From: Octopus sinensis
Taxonomy: Eukaryota
NCBI RefSeq assembly: GCF_006345805.1
Contig: NW_021836682.1
Coordinates: forward strand, 1-23,847
Length of the DNA: 23,847 nt
Direction of reading: 5' to 3'
Of the stretch, positions 21,324-23,847 are shown piece by piece (within the stretch, counting starts at the first letter, position 1; each line of letters starts with the position of its first letter). Below the pieces are notes generated by a model. The model saw only the letters and a list, made by a program, of their open reading frames with translations, was not told the DNA's origin and ran no database searches. Made by a program: the position numbers and the translations under genes.

Positions 21324-22285
21324 GCTCTCTCTCTCTCTCTCTCTCTCTGTCTGTCTCTCTGTTTCCCCCCTCTTTCTCTCTCTCTCAGACGCTCTCTTAC
21401 AAGCTTTTTTGCTAAACACACACATACCCCATCTTAGAAACACACACACACACACACACTTTTCTCTCACACTCACATTTCTACACTCTCAGACGCCTTC
21501 ATACTCACACTCACTCCCTAATATATACACTTACAGTTTTTGTCACTTTTAAGCTCTTTCACACACACACACACACACACATATTCGCTCTCTCTCACTT
21601 TCTATCCATTTCATACACTTAGACGCTCTCTAACACGCTTTTTGTTAAACATACTCACACACTCTCACTCACTCTCTAATATGCTCTTATAAGTTTCTGT
21701 CTGTTACTCTCTTTACACACACACACACACAAACTCTCTCTTTCTCACTTTTATACTCTTAGGCGCTCTCTCACACGCTTTTAAACACACACACACACAC
21801 TCTAATATGCTCTTATAGTTTCTGTCTCTGTTACGCTCTTTCACACACACACACACACACACTCTCTCTCTCTCACACACACACACTCTCACTCTCTCTC
21901 TCACACACACACACTCTCACTCTCTCTCTCTCACACACACACACAAACTCTCTCTCTCTCTCACTCACTCTCTAATATATTCTTATCCTTTCTGTCACTC
22001 TTACGCTCTCTCTACTTTTATACTATCAGATACTCTCTTACACGCATTTACTTAAACACACACACTCTTTCTCTCTCTCTCTCTCTCTCACTCTGTAATA
22101 CACTCTTATCATACTTATACACTCTCACATTTCAACACCTTTATCCTCTCTCTCTCTCTTTCAATCTGTCTTCCTCTCTTGAGAGTCATGTTCTTACACT
22201 GACTCTCTGACTTACACTTTTCCTTCTCTCTCACACACTCTCCCGTCTGTCACACACACACACACACACACACTTTTACACGCAC
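20771..22285. repeat. CA/CT-rich low-complexity region with a degenerate long-period repeat
   Basis: (C/T)AGACGCTCTC...CACGCTTTTT...AAACACAC recurs near 21386, 21620, 21760 and 22027. Confidence 0.7.
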
Positions 22286-22291
22286 GCGCAC

Positions 22292-22443
22292 AGAAAGTGG
22301 GTGCTTAAAAAACTCCTGGCTATGGGGCTTTGTGTAAAATATATACAGGAGCATCAGTTAATTATGATTTTATTCAACATATTCTCCTCTCACATTTTTG
22401 CAGCGGTCCTTAAAGCTAGGAACTTTTCAGTACCCCTCGTGTA
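22292..22443 (-). mobile_element. Internally deleted mariner-type element (~150 bp)
   Basis: The right end on the minus strand reads TA-CACGAGGGGTACTGAAAAGTTCCTAGCT. The left end holds the degenerate counterpart GTGGGTGCTTAAAAAACTCCTGGCT. Minus 22411-22370 translates to KDRCKNVRGEYVE-stop, which resembles mariner transposase C-termini. Confidence 0.75.
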
Positions 22444-22821
22444 TCTATCTACCCATCAATCTATAAATTATATATTATTGTCGATTTTGATATAATCATA
22501 ATTGTTAAGTTTTATGTTTCTAGTTTGATACTAGAGTTTATTATAAGTAAAATCATTATATTATTTATATCTTTAAAATATTGTTTAAATATTTCTGATT
22601 ATATTTTAGATATTTCAATTAACCTGAAGATTGACTCTAACTATAACTCGAATTATTACGAATTGTACAGCCATGAAACGATCGTAGTGTTTTTATTAAG
22701 CTTTTAATACTTTTGATATATATTTAAAATAATATAAATTAATTAATTTTACGCATTGGCTTATGTTTTTCATTGTTTGATTTGCGTATTAGTGGTTTTA
22801 TCTCTAATTTAATATAATATA

Positions 22822-22898
<77 letters not shown>

Positions 22899-23196
22899 TA
22901 TACATATATATATATATATATTAGAAGGTTTGAGGATGATGTACAGGTATTTGTATTAGAAGAGATGAGGTACTCAGAAATTCGGATGGTTTTATATTTA
23001 CACATATTTATTTGTATATTACATGTTTTTATACATCATATAACTTATATCATATATTAGCGCTTTCGTCCATTCTGGTGGATTTTTCAAATTGAACTAA
23101 GTTCATGTGGAAAAATTTTGACCATGTTATAGTGTTATAGTGTTATTGAGTGTATATATGTATATATAATATATATATATATATCATATATATATA

Positions 23197-23517
23197 CACG
23201 AGATCTGAACAATAAGTACCTGGGTTGTTGCCATAGTAAGGAAGTTAAAGCACGCAGAGGAAACCCACTTGGTGAAGACTGACCCTCAATTCTGCTGTGC
23301 ATACATACTAAGTTTTAATATTCTAGCAGTGCATGGAAGGAACGTGTGTAGCGTGTGATCGTCGCACTGACCATGACAAAACTGAATTGAGTATGAGATG
23401 CGTGTCCGCCGAGTTTGTGCCAAGACTGTTTTCAGCTGGCCCAAAACGCACTCGGGTTTCAGTTGCACAAGATCTCCTTCTCTGCGTCGACGGCGACGAA
23501 AACTTTTGAAAACTTAG
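23197..23517 (+). mobile_element. Mariner remnant: left end plus a deleted and frameshifted transposase segment
   Basis: It begins TA-CACGAGATCTGAACAATAAGTACC at a TA run (TIR-like), and a transposase fragment follows downstream. Confidence 0.7.
23357..23515 (+). pseudogene. Mariner (Tc1/mariner) transposase fragment
   Basis: It translates to DRR(+1)LTM...ELSMRCVSAEFVPRLFSAGPKRTRVSVAQDLLLCVDGDENF(-1)LKT. This matches the mariner pattern DRRLTI...LGMRxVSAxFVPRLL...DENFLKxIxTGDETW but breaks off before the first catalytic Asp. Confidence 0.8.
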
Positions 23518-23539
23518 CGTATTGATCCGACCACGTGTA

Positions 23540-23572
<33 letters not shown>

Positions 23573-23585
23573 ATATATATGCATA

Positions 23586-23847
23586 TAGGCGCAGGAGTGA
23601 CTGTGTGGTAAGTAGCTTGCTTACCAACCACATGGTTCCGGGTTCAGTCCCACTGCGTGGCATCTTGGGCAAGTGTCTTCGGCTATAGCCTCGGGCCAAC
23701 CAAAGCCTTCTGAGTGGATTTGGTAGACGGAACTGAAAGAAGCCCGTCGCGTATATATTATATTGTATTTAAATATATATATAGGTGTAGGAGTGGCTGT
23801 GTGGTAAGTAGCTTGCTTACCAACCACATGGTTCCGGGTTCAGTCCC
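23586..23847 (+). mobile_element. Two tandem SINE family A heads (23586-23749 and 23782 to the window edge)
   Basis: TAGGCGCAGGAGTGACTGTGTGG... is followed by TAGGTGTAGGAGTGGCTGTGTGG... Confidence 0.9.

Noticed and set aside
22935-23000. Possible very old hammerhead or pLTR remnant (AGATGAGGTACTCAGAAATTCGGA)
   Set aside because: The core boxes and cleavage triplet are too degenerate to support.

Overview
This is eukaryotic, repeat-saturated intronic or intergenic DNA. The SINE families look like those I recall from octopus genomes, so a coleoid cephalopod (probably Octopus) is my inference. I cannot support any host protein-coding gene: every ORF in the track is a microsatellite, a pyrimidine-rich tract or a SINE read-through. 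The window contains three tRNA-derived SINE families. Family A has about 17 heads and about 10 tails, family B has 4 pieces, and family C is a single copy with a 13-bp TSD. There are two mariner remnants, a 424-bp MITE with ~93-bp TIRs and an 8-bp TSD, several minisatellites and many microsatellites. The most notable signal is a type I hammerhead-ribozyme fold with a palindromic stem III (14220-14297, minus strand). It sits inside a near-perfect 238-bp inverted repeat, the arrangement expected of a Penelope-like retroelement pseudo-LTR. Four further, more decayed hammerhead-like cores share the same architecture. A 19-bp minisatellite appears to have grown from a SINE 3' tail. These are mostly known classes of element, and novelty at the family level would need database checks. 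All coordinates and pairings were read by eye.
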